Below are positions 15,284 to 24,293 of a stretch of 64,000 bases of DNA, one piece after another. The notes beneath the pieces were generated by a model. The model was not told where the DNA came from. It searched no databases and saw only the letters and a program-made list of their open reading frames with translations. The stretch is from NCBI GenBank assembly GCA_043817645.1, contig JBDRGP010000029.1:58226-122225 (forward strand), in the 5' to 3' direction. A program made the position numbers and the translations under genes. This stretch comes from Candidatus Woesearchaeota archaeon. Lineage in GTDB: Archaea; Nanobdellota; Nanobdellia; SCGC-AAA011-G17; JACPIM01. How positions within the stretch are numbered: position 1 is the first letter of the stretch; each line of letters begins with the position of its first letter.

Positions 15284-16471
15284 TTGATTGTTTTCATAAA
15301 TTCGTATTCTAGAGATTTTAATAGTTATAACTTTATTAAAAATCCCAAAAATAGTTTCCCCAAAAGTGGTCTAACCGTCAGAACGAAAACATTTAAATAT
15401 GCCAAAGTCTTTTATGAGTTTATGGAAAAAAGAGTGGTATTCCCAAAAGGGAAACAAAGGGAGTTTTTAGTCTCTTCAAGAAAAGAACTAAAACTAACCT
15501 GGCCGGAATTTGCTGAAAAAGTCGATACAAAAAGAAAAACTCTAGAAAAGGCCTATAGATATGAATATTGTTCGATGCCATATGGGGTTTTTTCTAAAAT
15601 AGTTAATGAAAGAAACATCAATAAAAAGAGACTTATTAGAGATTATAATATCAAAATAGTAAAAGGAAGTAGATATGGTGCAATTGGAAGGAAGGTGTTA
15701 GGAGAAAAAAGAGCGAAATTAGGCAATATCAACCTTTTATTTGAAAATTCTATACATCCATTTAACACTAGCGTTATAAAATTAAGCAAATATGATGAAA
15801 TTAAGAGAATAAAATTTCCAAATAAATTAACTCCAGAATTAGCTGAAGAAATCGGCATGCATATAGGAGACGGTTTTTTATCCAAAAGAAGGAACGAATA
15901 TCGTTTAAAGGGGAATAAAAATAACGAAAAAGATTACTACAAATACTTCATCAAAAAGCTTTACAAGACTTTGTTTAATTTAGATATTAATCTAAAAGAA
16001 TATGAATCGACATATGGATTTGAAATAAGCTCAAAAGGTCTCTGGACATTTAAAAATAAAATTTTGGGTATTCCATCAGGGAAAAAAGATGATATAGATT
16101 TGCCCGCAATTATAAAAGTGAATGACAAAGATATCCTAACTTCATTTATCCGAGGAGTTTTTGACACAGATGGTTGTGTTAACTTCAAAAGTGGATACGG
16201 TCTAAAGGGATATTACCCAAGAATAGAGATAACAATGCTCTCAAAAGATTTAATAGGGAGCATATCGGAGATATTATATGCATTGGGATTAAAACCATAT
16301 AAGCATCAAGATAAACTAGGATATTGGCATATTACTTTAAATGGCTATGAAAGATTTGAAAGATATAATAAATTAATAGGATGGCATAATCCCAAACACT
16401 TAAGAAAGATAAAAAAATGGAAAAAACAATATCCAAAATTAGGAAAGGATGTAATGGTAGGGGTAGTGTAG
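15284..16471 (+). CDS. Free-standing LAGLIDADG homing endonuclease (two LAGLIDADG motifs) with a ~180-aa N-terminal extension
   Basis: The motifs are IGMHIGDGFL and IRGVFDTDGCV. The last ~5 codons and the stop run into the 5' end of the tRNA-His gene. Confidence 0.7.
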   Translation: MIVFINSYSRDFNSYNFIKNPKNSFPKSGLTVRTKTFKYAKVFYEFMEKRVVFPKGKQREFLVSSRKELKLTWPEFAEKVDTKRKTLEKAYRYEYCSMPYGVFSKIVNERNINKKRLIRDYNIKIVKGSRYGAIGRKVLGEKRAKLGNINLLFENSIHPFNTSVIKLSKYDEIKRIKFPNKLTPELAEEIGMHIGDGFLSKRRNEYRLKGNKNNEKDYYKYFIKKLYKTLFNLDINLKEYESTYGFEISSKGLWTFKNKILGIPSGKKDDIDLPAIIKVNDKDILTSFIRGVFDTDGCVNFKSGYGLKGYYPRIEITMLSKDLIGSISEILYALGLKPYKHQDKLGYWHITLNGYERFERYNKLIGWHNPKHLRKIKKWKKQYPKLGKDVMVGVV

Positions 16472-16546
16472 CCTGGTTAGTTTTTACCCAGAAAACACGC
16501 AAGTCTGTGGAGCTTGAGATCGCGGGTTCAAGTCCCGCCCCTTACC
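16456..16546 (+). tRNA. tRNA-His (anticodon GTG, 16507-16509) with encoded G-1 and an apparent ~14-nt insertion in the D-loop
   Basis: Folded by hand. G-1 pairs with C73. The acceptor is gtagggg/cccttac, and the D-stem is gtgt(16466-69)/acac(16495-98). The anticodon arm is caagt-CTGTGGA-gcttg, and the T-arm is gcggg-TTCAAGT-cccgc. 25 nt lie between the D-stem halves, and the insert can form a gtttt/aaaac hairpin. Confidence 0.6.
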
Positions 16547-16568
16547 CGTTTTCAAAAAAGAGGTCAAA

Positions 16569-17825
16569 ATGAAACTTGAAAGATGTAAAGGAACAGTAGA
16601 TTTTCCACCAGAACAAAAAATAGCAAGAGAAGAAATAGTAAGTACCCTAACAAAAGTATTCAAAAAATACGGTTTTGACCCTTTAGAAACCCCAATTTTA
16701 GAGAGATATGATACCTTATCAGCAAATTACGCAGGAGGCGCAGAAATCCTTAAAGAAACCTTCCGATTGAAAGACCAGGGTAATAGAAGTTTAGGATTAA
16801 GATATGACCTAACAGTTCCTTTAGCGAGATTTATTGCAATGAATCCTCAAATTGCATTCCCATTTAAAAGATATCAAATAGAAAAAGTATTCAGAGATGG
16901 CCCAATAACAAGAGCAAGAATAAGGGAATTCTATCAATGTGACGTAGATGTAGTAGGAAGCAGATCTCTATCATACGATGCTGAACTAATCCAACTTTCT
17001 CTAGATGCCTTAAAAGCTCTAAAATTAAAATGCATCATAAAAGTAAATAATAGAAAATTACTAAATGAAATTGTAGATTACGCAGGAATAAAAAAGGATC
17101 CCAATTCAGTAATCTTAGTCATAGACAAATTATACAAAATTGGCAAAGAGGGCGTTGAAAAAGAATTAAAAGAACTAGGGCTAAAAGAAGAGCAAATTAA
17201 AAAAATCACAAAAACTATCTCAGTAAAAGGCACTAACAAAGAAAAACTAGAAAAAATCTCAAAAATAATAAACAAAGAGGGCATAAAAGAACTCAAAGAA
17301 GTTTTAAAATATTTCGAAAAAGATGTTGAATTTGATCCAACATTGGCAAGAGGCCTAGCTTACTACACAGGAACGGTTTTTGAAATTGTCTTAAAAAATA
17401 AAGACTTGGGCTGCAGTGTTGGCGGCGGTGGAAGATATGACAAAATGATTGGAAGTTTTGTTGGAAAAGGAGAAATTCCTGCTACAGGCATCTCATTTGG
17501 ATTAGAACCTCTAAGTTACTGCATAAGCAAATTAAGAAAAGGAAAAAAGACAAATACAGAATTATTCATAATACCTATAAAAACCACAGAAAAGTCCTTA
17601 AAAATTGCTAAGAAATTAAGAGATTCCAATATCAACACAGACATAGACCTAAATAATAGAAACATCTCAAAAAACCTAAATTATGCAAATAAAAAAGATA
17701 TCCCTTATGTTCTATTCATAGGAGAAAAAGAACTAAAACAAAAGAAATTCAAATTAAGAAACATGATCACAGGAAAAGAACAATTATTCACATTAGAAAA
17801 ACTAACAAAATATCTAAAAAACTAG
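16569..17825 (+). CDS. hisS: Histidine--tRNA ligase
   Basis: 418 aa. It has the class II aaRS motifs and RGLAYYTGTVFE; GGGRYD is present, plus a C-terminal anticodon-binding domain. Confidence 0.9.
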   Translation: MKLERCKGTVDFPPEQKIAREEIVSTLTKVFKKYGFDPLETPILERYDTLSANYAGGAEILKETFRLKDQGNRSLGLRYDLTVPLARFIAMNPQIAFPFKRYQIEKVFRDGPITRARIREFYQCDVDVVGSRSLSYDAELIQLSLDALKALKLKCIIKVNNRKLLNEIVDYAGIKKDPNSVILVIDKLYKIGKEGVEKELKELGLKEEQIKKITKTISVKGTNKEKLEKISKIINKEGIKELKEVLKYFEKDVEFDPTLARGLAYYTGTVFEIVLKNKDLGCSVGGGGRYDKMIGSFVGKGEIPATGISFGLEPLSYCISKLRKGKKTNTELFIIPIKTTEKSLKIAKKLRDSNINTDIDLNNRNISKNLNYANKKDIPYVLFIGEKELKQKKFKLRNMITGKEQLFTLEKLTKYLKN

Positions 17826-18151
17826 ACTGGAATTTCCACCATACTTTCTTTCAACCCTTCTTCTACTTCTTGTTTTAAACAAATATTATATAACTCTATT
17901 AATTTTTTTACTGCAGGATTCTCAGTATTTAATCTATATAGCTTAGCTCTTCCAATTGCTCTGTCATAGTCCAAAAAACCTCTTTTAATCATTTCGTCCC
18001 ATATTCTAATAACCGTAACCTTAGACACATTACTATTTCTTATAACGTCTGATTGGTGTACAGGAAGACCTCTACAAGTTATCAAGTACTTTACCACTCT
18101 AGCCATACTTGAATTACCCATAGTTTTAACAAAAATTGAAGTTTCCATCAT
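17822..18151 (-). CDS. Winged-helix transcriptional regulator (small, MarR/TrmB-like wHTH)
   Basis: 109 aa. ARVVKYLITCRGLPVHQSDVIRNSNVSKVTVIRIWDEMIKRGFL is a typical wHTH. Confidence 0.5.
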   Translation of the reverse strand: MMETSIFVKTMGNSSMARVVKYLITCRGLPVHQSDVIRNSNVSKVTVIRIWDEMIKRGFLDYDRAIGRAKLYRLNTENPAVKKLIELYNICLKQEVEEGLKESMVEIPV

Positions 18152-18243
18152 AATTTTTCAATGCATACCCAGTATATAAATGTTTCGTTATTATACCACA
18201 TGGTATAGAATAAGTATTTAAATAAACTAATAATATTAATTTT

Positions 18244-18510
18244 ATGAAAGACCTAATTAAAAAAGAGGTACTAAGATCTCTGATATTATCAAGAAGGTGG
18301 GGCGCTAAACATACAGAAATCAAAAACCTAGAAAAAGGAATCTCCACTTATCTTCTCGATACCAAATCAGGCAAGAAAGCTTTTCAAAAAGCCATTAAAG
18401 AATTAATAAAGGATAATTTGTTATTAACTAAAAAATCTACTGGAGAGATTCATGCCTCTCTAAATCCAAGAAAAAAACAGGAAATTATGAACCTTGTAGA
18501 ATCATCATAA
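18244..18510 (+). CDS. Hypothetical small protein (possible wHTH)
   Basis: 88 aa, basic. Weak HTH-like pattern. Confidence 0.35.
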   Translation: MKDLIKKEVLRSLILSRRWGAKHTEIKNLEKGISTYLLDTKSGKKAFQKAIKELIKDNLLLTKKSTGEIHASLNPRKKQEIMNLVESS

Positions 18511-18515
18511 AATAT

Positions 18516-19091
18516 CTAAAAAGTCTCCACCCCAGTACCTAAGAGAATAGTCATAACTAACAAAGCTACAATTACTACCAAAAGCAGTATAACTGCCCAA
18601 GGTACAATATAAATCAAAGTTGCTTTTAAATTGCTAAATTTATACATCTTATTTGTTCCGATAATAATCAAAACCAAAGAATAAATCCAAACAAAAAGAT
18701 TAACAATAGGAATCCATCCAAAAACTAGTTTAGGAGTTACACTATACGCATACAATTTATACGCATCAGAATAAGTTCTTCTTCCACGAAACACTCTAAG
18801 CCAAATAAACAAAAACCAAGCTATCAAAAAACTAGCCCCTAACAAAAGAGCATAATTTATCAAAGAAGTTTGAATTAATGGGATAAGACCAAGTTTGGGA
18901 ATAGGAAATGGAAGAAACCAAGTATATGCCCTTGACCAAAACGAAGATATAATCACACTAAGCACAGCAGAAATTAAACTCAATATAAAGAAAAACCTAA
19001 AAGCCTTACCAAGACCTTTTTCCTTATCTACAGCAGAAAAGAACTTTCCAGGATGAAATAGAATATCTCTTACCTTTTCAATTATATTCAT
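18516..19091 (-). CDS. Yip1-like integral membrane protein
   Basis: 191 aa with 5 TM helices. The N-terminus MNIIEKVRDILFHPGKFF is typical of Yip1/DUF1282. Confidence 0.45.
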   Translation of the reverse strand: MNIIEKVRDILFHPGKFFSAVDKEKGLGKAFRFFFILSLISAVLSVIISSFWSRAYTWFLPFPIPKLGLIPLIQTSLINYALLLGASFLIAWFLFIWLRVFRGRRTYSDAYKLYAYSVTPKLVFGWIPIVNLFVWIYSLVLIIIGTNKMYKFSNLKATLIYIVPWAVILLLVVIVALLVMTILLGTGVETF

Positions 19092-19128
19092 AAATAAAAA
19101 AGAAATTTAGAAGTTTATAAAGTTAATC

Positions 19129-21288
19129 TCAAGGCAAAAGATCCATCCTGTAAGACCACAACCAAACCTCGCAATTTTCCACTTGATGGGCTCTAGAAGT
19201 TATACAAAGTCCTAAAACTTCTTGATTTTCATCAAACTCCGCATATAAACCATAAAAATCATCAAAAGTAGTACCCCATCTCCTATGTCCTCCCTCATAA
19301 TCATACATAACACTCTCGCCACATTCAACTGATTCAGGATATGCTCTAAGAAAATCCTCTAAGTTATCTCCTATACCAATTCTTCTATTCGTCTCACCTG
19401 TCCACCCCGGACCTACAAAGACATGTCCCAAATTGTTATAGGACCAAAGTAAATGAACACCACCATTAATACTTCTCATCTCTAAAGTATCTCCGTAACC
19501 TCCATCATGTCCTTCAAAAATATCAAAATCAGGACAATCATCAGCCAGGTGGTTTCTATCAGTAGTTCGAAGCCTTAAACCACCAAAACCAGCATAATTC
19601 ACTTCGAGAAAAATATTAGAATCCTGACTTAAACAATCGCTATAGCCGACCGGGGGTGGAGGAGTAAAACCAAAAATAAACATCTTTTTTTCTCCTGTAG
19701 AAGTATGCAAACCCCAATAAGGCTCAACAGGCGCCCAGTCTTTCCAAGGTTGATCAAATGCCTCAAAAAAGGAAAAGGCTATTCCAGCATGATTCTCATT
19801 GTATAATAACTCATAAAAAAATTCCAACTGCGTTAACTCACTAACTTCAGGATCACCACTAGTAGGCATTCCCGTTTCTTTAATCAAGATTTGTTTCTCA
19901 CCAGCAATGTTTTCCAATTGCCCATATACTTCAGCAACTCTAGCAGCCGCTTGTATAGGATCCTTTATATTCAACCAATAAGGATGGACATTTGGCAATA
20001 AAAATTCTCCAAACCCTACTAAATCCGGATTCTCAAAATAATCTTCAAATTGCTCTGTTGTTGAAACAGGCTTTTTAGTTCCGTTTCTTAAAGTTCTCCC
20101 AGCAGCAAGCAAATCTTCCAAAGTGTATCCACCATTTTGACCCAATAACTCATTTCCAATACAATAGCCATTAGAATATTCTCCCACATCGATAGCATCC
20201 TGTATCAAACCACCATTATTAGTAAACCAAACACCTGTAATCACACTCGCAAACCCAACTTCTTTTGCTATTCTTGGCACTTCTTTTAATGTACTCTCAA
20301 CATCATAAGTTATCAAACCAGTAAATCCTTCTTCTCTCAAAAGTTCTAAATCATCTCGTATACTCTCAACACTTGGAAATATTCCCTGCGTGGGATCAAA
20401 GTTTCTGGGAGCATAAGTTACCCACATACGACTACTTAGACTATTAGTTAAATTACGAACATTCCACTCATAACCCCAATCAAGCCTAACATCAAACGTT
20501 ATCTGCAAAGATTCACTAAGAGCAATCCCATCGCTTGCTTTAAAAGAAACCGTATCCATACCAACAAAATCAACATCAACTAATTGATATGTCAATTTAT
20601 TAGTATCAGTTATAACCGCAGTCCCATATTGCGGTTCATTAACAACCAAAAAAGTCAGGTCATCTCTATCTACATCACTCCCATACATATACACAGCCTT
20701 AGGATCTGTTCCACGAACAATGGCTTCTAAAGTATTGGCGCTAACAATAGGTGGATCATTCACATTTGCAACATTAATTGTAACCTTAGAACTGTTACTA
20801 TCAAATTCCCCGTCATTAGTCCTAAACCAGAAACCATCTTCCCCAAAAAAATCAATTTCAGGAGTATATGTCGCAACATTGCCATCCAATACAACCTCAC
20901 CATGGCTAGAACTACTAGTAACTCTAAAAGTCAAATCATCACCATCCTCATCAGTACCATTTAATACAATACCTAAAGGCGTTTCTTCCAGTACATTTAC
21001 ATTCATATCCCCAGTTTTAGGAGCATGATTAATATCCTCACCCTGCTGTGAATCTCCATCGCCAGAGCCCCCATCACCCACTGGAGGATCTGGAGTAGTA
21101 TTACCATCTCCTAAAAAAGGATCTTGAGGAGTTTCATCAATTATTGGATCATCTACTGGATATTCAGTCACAGGAGGCTCAGTAAGAGGAACAGCAGAAG
21201 GCGTAGGCGGTATACACCCCCATCCAGCAACTCCAACAACACCACCAATTAAATATTTTTTTAAAGACCTCATTTTCGCACCTCCCAA
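19129..21288 (-). CDS. Secreted protein: signal peptide, Thr/Pro/Asp-rich linker, two cadherin-like/VCBS-type repeats, and a GH17-like (beta-1,3-glucanase-like) TIM-barrel domain
   Basis: 719 aa. The repeats are NHAPKTGDMNVNVLEETP...TYTP and NDPPIVSANTLEAI...TYQL. The glycosidase motifs are CIGNELLG (acid/base region) and LIKETGMPTSGD, which matches the GH17 nucleophile motif TETGWPS. Confidence 0.55.
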   Translation of the reverse strand: MGGAKMRSLKKYLIGGVVGVAGWGCIPPTPSAVPLTEPPVTEYPVDDPIIDETPQDPFLGDGNTTPDPPVGDGGSGDGDSQQGEDINHAPKTGDMNVNVLEETPLGIVLNGTDEDGDDLTFRVTSSSSHGEVVLDGNVATYTPEIDFFGEDGFWFRTNDGEFDSNSSKVTINVANVNDPPIVSANTLEAIVRGTDPKAVYMYGSDVDRDDLTFLVVNEPQYGTAVITDTNKLTYQLVDVDFVGMDTVSFKASDGIALSESLQITFDVRLDWGYEWNVRNLTNSLSSRMWVTYAPRNFDPTQGIFPSVESIRDDLELLREEGFTGLITYDVESTLKEVPRIAKEVGFASVITGVWFTNNGGLIQDAIDVGEYSNGYCIGNELLGQNGGYTLEDLLAAGRTLRNGTKKPVSTTEQFEDYFENPDLVGFGEFLLPNVHPYWLNIKDPIQAAARVAEVYGQLENIAGEKQILIKETGMPTSGDPEVSELTQLEFFYELLYNENHAGIAFSFFEAFDQPWKDWAPVEPYWGLHTSTGEKKMFIFGFTPPPPVGYSDCLSQDSNIFLEVNYAGFGGLRLRTTDRNHLADDCPDFDIFEGHDGGYGDTLEMRSINGGVHLLWSYNNLGHVFVGPGWTGETNRRIGIGDNLEDFLRAYPESVECGESVMYDYEGGHRRWGTTFDDFYGLYAEFDENQEVLGLCITSRAHQVENCEVWLWSYRMDLLP

Positions 21289-21334
21289 CAGGATTATATC
21301 CCTAAAATAAAGAAAAACACTATTTATTCTTTAC

Positions 21335-21404
21335 CAATATTGAATATATTTCACAATATTGAATATATTTAAGTAAGCTTTATATATTTTAAAATATTCA
21401 ATAT
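21335..21404. promoter_or_regulatory. Repeated operator-like motif CAATATTGAATATATTT (two direct copies plus one inverted half-site) in the divergent promoter immediately upstream of the AbrB-PhoU regulator gene
   Basis: Copies lie at 21335-21351 and 21354-21370. An inverted copy aatattcaatat lies at 21393-21404, 4 nt before the ATG at 21409. Confidence 0.4.
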
Positions 21405-21408
21405 CCAT

Positions 21409-22407
21409 ATGAAAAGAAAACTAATCAAACAGGGACATAATACAACAACAGTAACCTTACCAATAAATTGGGTCAAAAAATTAAATCTAAAAAGCGGTGA
21501 TGAAGTTGATGTTGAAGAACAGGGGAATTCATTAATAATAAATGGAAAAGAAAGCAATCAACATAAGAGCACAACCCTAGATATTTCTGATTTTACTGTA
21601 CCTATGATTTGGAGATTTTTCCAACCAGCGTATAGACAAGGTTATGATGAAATAAAAGTAGCATTCAATCCTGATAAAAAAAATTTTGAAAGTGTTTATC
21701 ATTATTACACAACACAATTTGCCTATACAAAACTTGGAGAAAAACGTCCTGCAAAACCAGCCGTAGATATGATCCAAGAACTTATAGATAGGTTCATAGG
21801 AATAGAAATAATGGATATAGGAAAAAATTATTGCATAATAAAAGATATGACTGAACCAACCACAAAAGAATACCCAAATTCACTAAGAAGAATATTTATG
21901 ATCATTTCAAACATATTTGATAGAGTAATAACAGCAATAGAAAACAATGAAATAGGTGATATAAAAATCTGTAAAGAGCTTCATACAATGGACCTAAATG
22001 CTGATAGATTTATAGACTATTGCTGCAGGATACTAAACAAAATAAATGACTCCGCACCTCAAAGAAAAAAAGCTTCTATATTCGCTAGTTTATTTATTCT
22101 TGAGTTACTTTCTGACGAATTTAAATATATAGGTGTTCACTTAGCCAAAGCAAATAAAAAAGTAAGCGATATTCTACCTTTTGGAGAAAAAGTTAGGGAA
22201 CATTTCAAACTTTATGAAAACCTATTTTATAATTTTGACAGAGACTTAGCCATAAAATTCGGAAAAAATGATTTCTCTATTTATGATGAACACTCTAGTT
22301 GGAAGAAAAAGATAGCAGGAGAAAATAAAAGTATAGCCGGACATTTAATGCAAATTAGCAAATATTTACTCTGCTTAGTAGAACTCAGAATAGAAATGGA
22401 ATCATAG
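21409..22407 (+). CDS. PhoU-family regulator with an N-terminal AbrB/SpoVT DNA-binding domain
   Basis: 332 aa. The N-terminus KRKLIKQGHNTTTVTLPINWVKKLNLKSGDEVDVEEQGNSLIING is an AbrB swapped-hairpin. The helical remainder is consistent with the archaeal PhoU-like architecture. Confidence 0.5.
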   Translation: MKRKLIKQGHNTTTVTLPINWVKKLNLKSGDEVDVEEQGNSLIINGKESNQHKSTTLDISDFTVPMIWRFFQPAYRQGYDEIKVAFNPDKKNFESVYHYYTTQFAYTKLGEKRPAKPAVDMIQELIDRFIGIEIMDIGKNYCIIKDMTEPTTKEYPNSLRRIFMIISNIFDRVITAIENNEIGDIKICKELHTMDLNADRFIDYCCRILNKINDSAPQRKKASIFASLFILELLSDEFKYIGVHLAKANKKVSDILPFGEKVREHFKLYENLFYNFDRDLAIKFGKNDFSIYDEHSSWKKKIAGENKSIAGHLMQISKYLLCLVELRIEMES

Positions 22408-22457
22408 ACAGATAACCTTAAATAATAATTTCAACTCCATTTAATAGAGGTGATACC

Positions 22458-23603
22458 TTGAAAGATATTTCTGAAAGAGAACTGGAACTCCCGGATGCTG
22501 TAATTGGAAAACTCTTACAAATAGCAGCAGAACACAAAGAAATAATCTCTCTAAGCGTAGGAGAACCAGATTTTATAGCACCAAAACCAATAAGAGACTA
22601 CACTAAAAAGATAGTAGACAAAGCAACACATTATTCACCAACAGAAGGCAGATCTGATTTAAGAGAAGCTATTGCAAAAAAGCTAAAAAAAGATAATAAA
22701 CTAAAATGTACACCAGATAACATACTAGTTACAGTAGGAAGCCAAGAAGGTATGATATCGGCATTAGCAACAACTTTAGATGTTTCTGAACAAGTTATCC
22801 TGCCAAGTCCTTCTTACTTAGCATACATCCCTCAAATAGAACTCTTAAACGGCGTTCCAATTTTATTCCCATTAAAAGAAGAAGATAATTGGAGTATTAA
22901 TCCAGACAATCTAAAAAAAGTAATAGACAAGAAGAAATCAAGAATAATCCTAATTAACACTCCAAGTAACCCAACAGGCAATGTTCTAAGTAAAAAAATT
23001 TTAGAAGAAATAGCAGACATCGCAGTAGAATATGACTTATGGATATTCTCAGATGAGGCCTATGAAAAATTAGTTTATGATAAAAAACATATCTCGATAG
23101 GAAGCTTAAACGGAATGGAAGACTATGTTGCAACCTTCCAAACCTTCTCAAAAAGCTATGCAATGTGCGGTTATAGACTAGGATATGTGTGCGCTCCAGA
23201 AGACTTAATAAAACCCATGACAAAAGTAAGCCACTACCTAACTTTATCAGCACCAACAATATCACAATTAGTAGCAATAAAAGCATTACAACTACCAAAC
23301 AAGCATATAGAAGTAATGAGAAAAGAATACGACAGAAGAAGAAAATTTCTAATAAAAAGGTTAAACGATTTAGGCTTAAACACGCCAACACCTCACGGAG
23401 CATTTTATGCATTCTCAAATATTAAACATCTAAGCAAAGATAGCTACAAATTCGCTAAAACCTTGCTAAATAAAGCAAAAATTGCAGTTGTCCCAGGCAG
23501 AGAATTCGGAAGATTTGGTGAAGGCTATATCAGATTTAGTTATGCAACAGACCTAAGTAAAATAAAAATTGCAATGAGTAGATTAGAAAATTTTATCAAA
23601 TAA
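22458..23603 (+). CDS. Class I/II aminotransferase (aspartate aminotransferase family)
   Basis: 381 aa. It has SPTEGRSDLREAIAKK, NPSNPTGNVLS and FSKSYAMCGYRLGY (the PLP-lysine region). Confidence 0.85.
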   Translation: MKDISERELELPDAVIGKLLQIAAEHKEIISLSVGEPDFIAPKPIRDYTKKIVDKATHYSPTEGRSDLREAIAKKLKKDNKLKCTPDNILVTVGSQEGMISALATTLDVSEQVILPSPSYLAYIPQIELLNGVPILFPLKEEDNWSINPDNLKKVIDKKKSRIILINTPSNPTGNVLSKKILEEIADIAVEYDLWIFSDEAYEKLVYDKKHISIGSLNGMEDYVATFQTFSKSYAMCGYRLGYVCAPEDLIKPMTKVSHYLTLSAPTISQLVAIKALQLPNKHIEVMRKEYDRRRKFLIKRLNDLGLNTPTPHGAFYAFSNIKHLSKDSYKFAKTLLNKAKIAVVPGREFGRFGEGYIRFSYATDLSKIKIAMSRLENFIK

Positions 23604-23607
23604 TAAA

Positions 23608-24054
23608 ATGCTAGGATTCGGAAAAGGGAAGATTGAAATTCAAATTAATAAGTACCAATACTCTCCTGGCGAAACTATCCAGGGAAACATAGCTTTAACT
23701 TTAAAAAAAGCACTAACAGGAAAAGAACTTAGCATAAGAATTCTTGGAGAACAAAAAATCTCCCAAGTTTATGGTGCAAGAAGATCCTATAGAATAGTAA
23801 AAATCTTTGACTTTAAGCAACCGCTCCAAGTCCAAAAAGATTATATAGCAAATCAACAGTTAATATTCCCTTTCAAAATAAAAATCCCTCTAAATATCAA
23901 CAGCCAAACACAAATGGAAGGAAAATTAGGAACTGTTTTAAAAGTTGCTCAAACATTTTCAGGAACAAGAACCAGAACAAAATGGTATCTAATAGCAAGA
24001 TTAAGTGTTAAAGGTTTTGACATAACTAAAAAAGTTCAAATCACCGTAACTTAA
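23608..24054 (+). CDS. Spo0M/arrestin-N-like beta-sandwich protein, hypothetical
   Basis: 148 aa. The N-terminus GKIEIQINKYQYSPGETIQGNIALTLKK resembles Spo0M-family starts. Confidence 0.35.
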   Translation: MLGFGKGKIEIQINKYQYSPGETIQGNIALTLKKALTGKELSIRILGEQKISQVYGARRSYRIVKIFDFKQPLQVQKDYIANQQLIFPFKIKIPLNINSQTQMEGKLGTVLKVAQTFSGTRTRTKWYLIARLSVKGFDITKKVQITVT

Positions 24055-24293
24055 AGTTGATCTTCTAATTCAAGCAAAGCATCTAAAGGTCCCCAAACCT
24101 TCACCCCTTTTCTATTTTCTACATCTCCCATACGCTTCCTTTGTTGTTCTCTGTATTCATCATCCCTACGAAGAACATCTTTAACATCTTTAGAAGCCCA
24201 AGGGAAAGCATGAGATATCCTAACCATAAATCTTTCGTAAGGACCAAGGGGCTTATACTTTCCATCTAAATCCGACATTTTAACCACAATCAA
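24051..24293 (-). CDS. Hypothetical small protein coupled to the M42 peptidase
   Basis: 80 aa, with an ATGA overlap with the upstream gene. Confidence 0.35.
   Translation of the reverse strand: MIVVKMSDLDGKYKPLGPYERFMVRISHAFPWASKDVKDVLRRDDEYREQQRKRMGDVENRKGVKVWGPLDALLELEDQL

Noticed and set aside
22832-23425. Minus- and plus-strand ORFs inside the aspartate aminotransferase gene (22954..23418, 23189..23425, 22832..23020)
   Set aside because: They are Leu/Arg-rich antisense or out-of-frame artefacts within a confident CDS.
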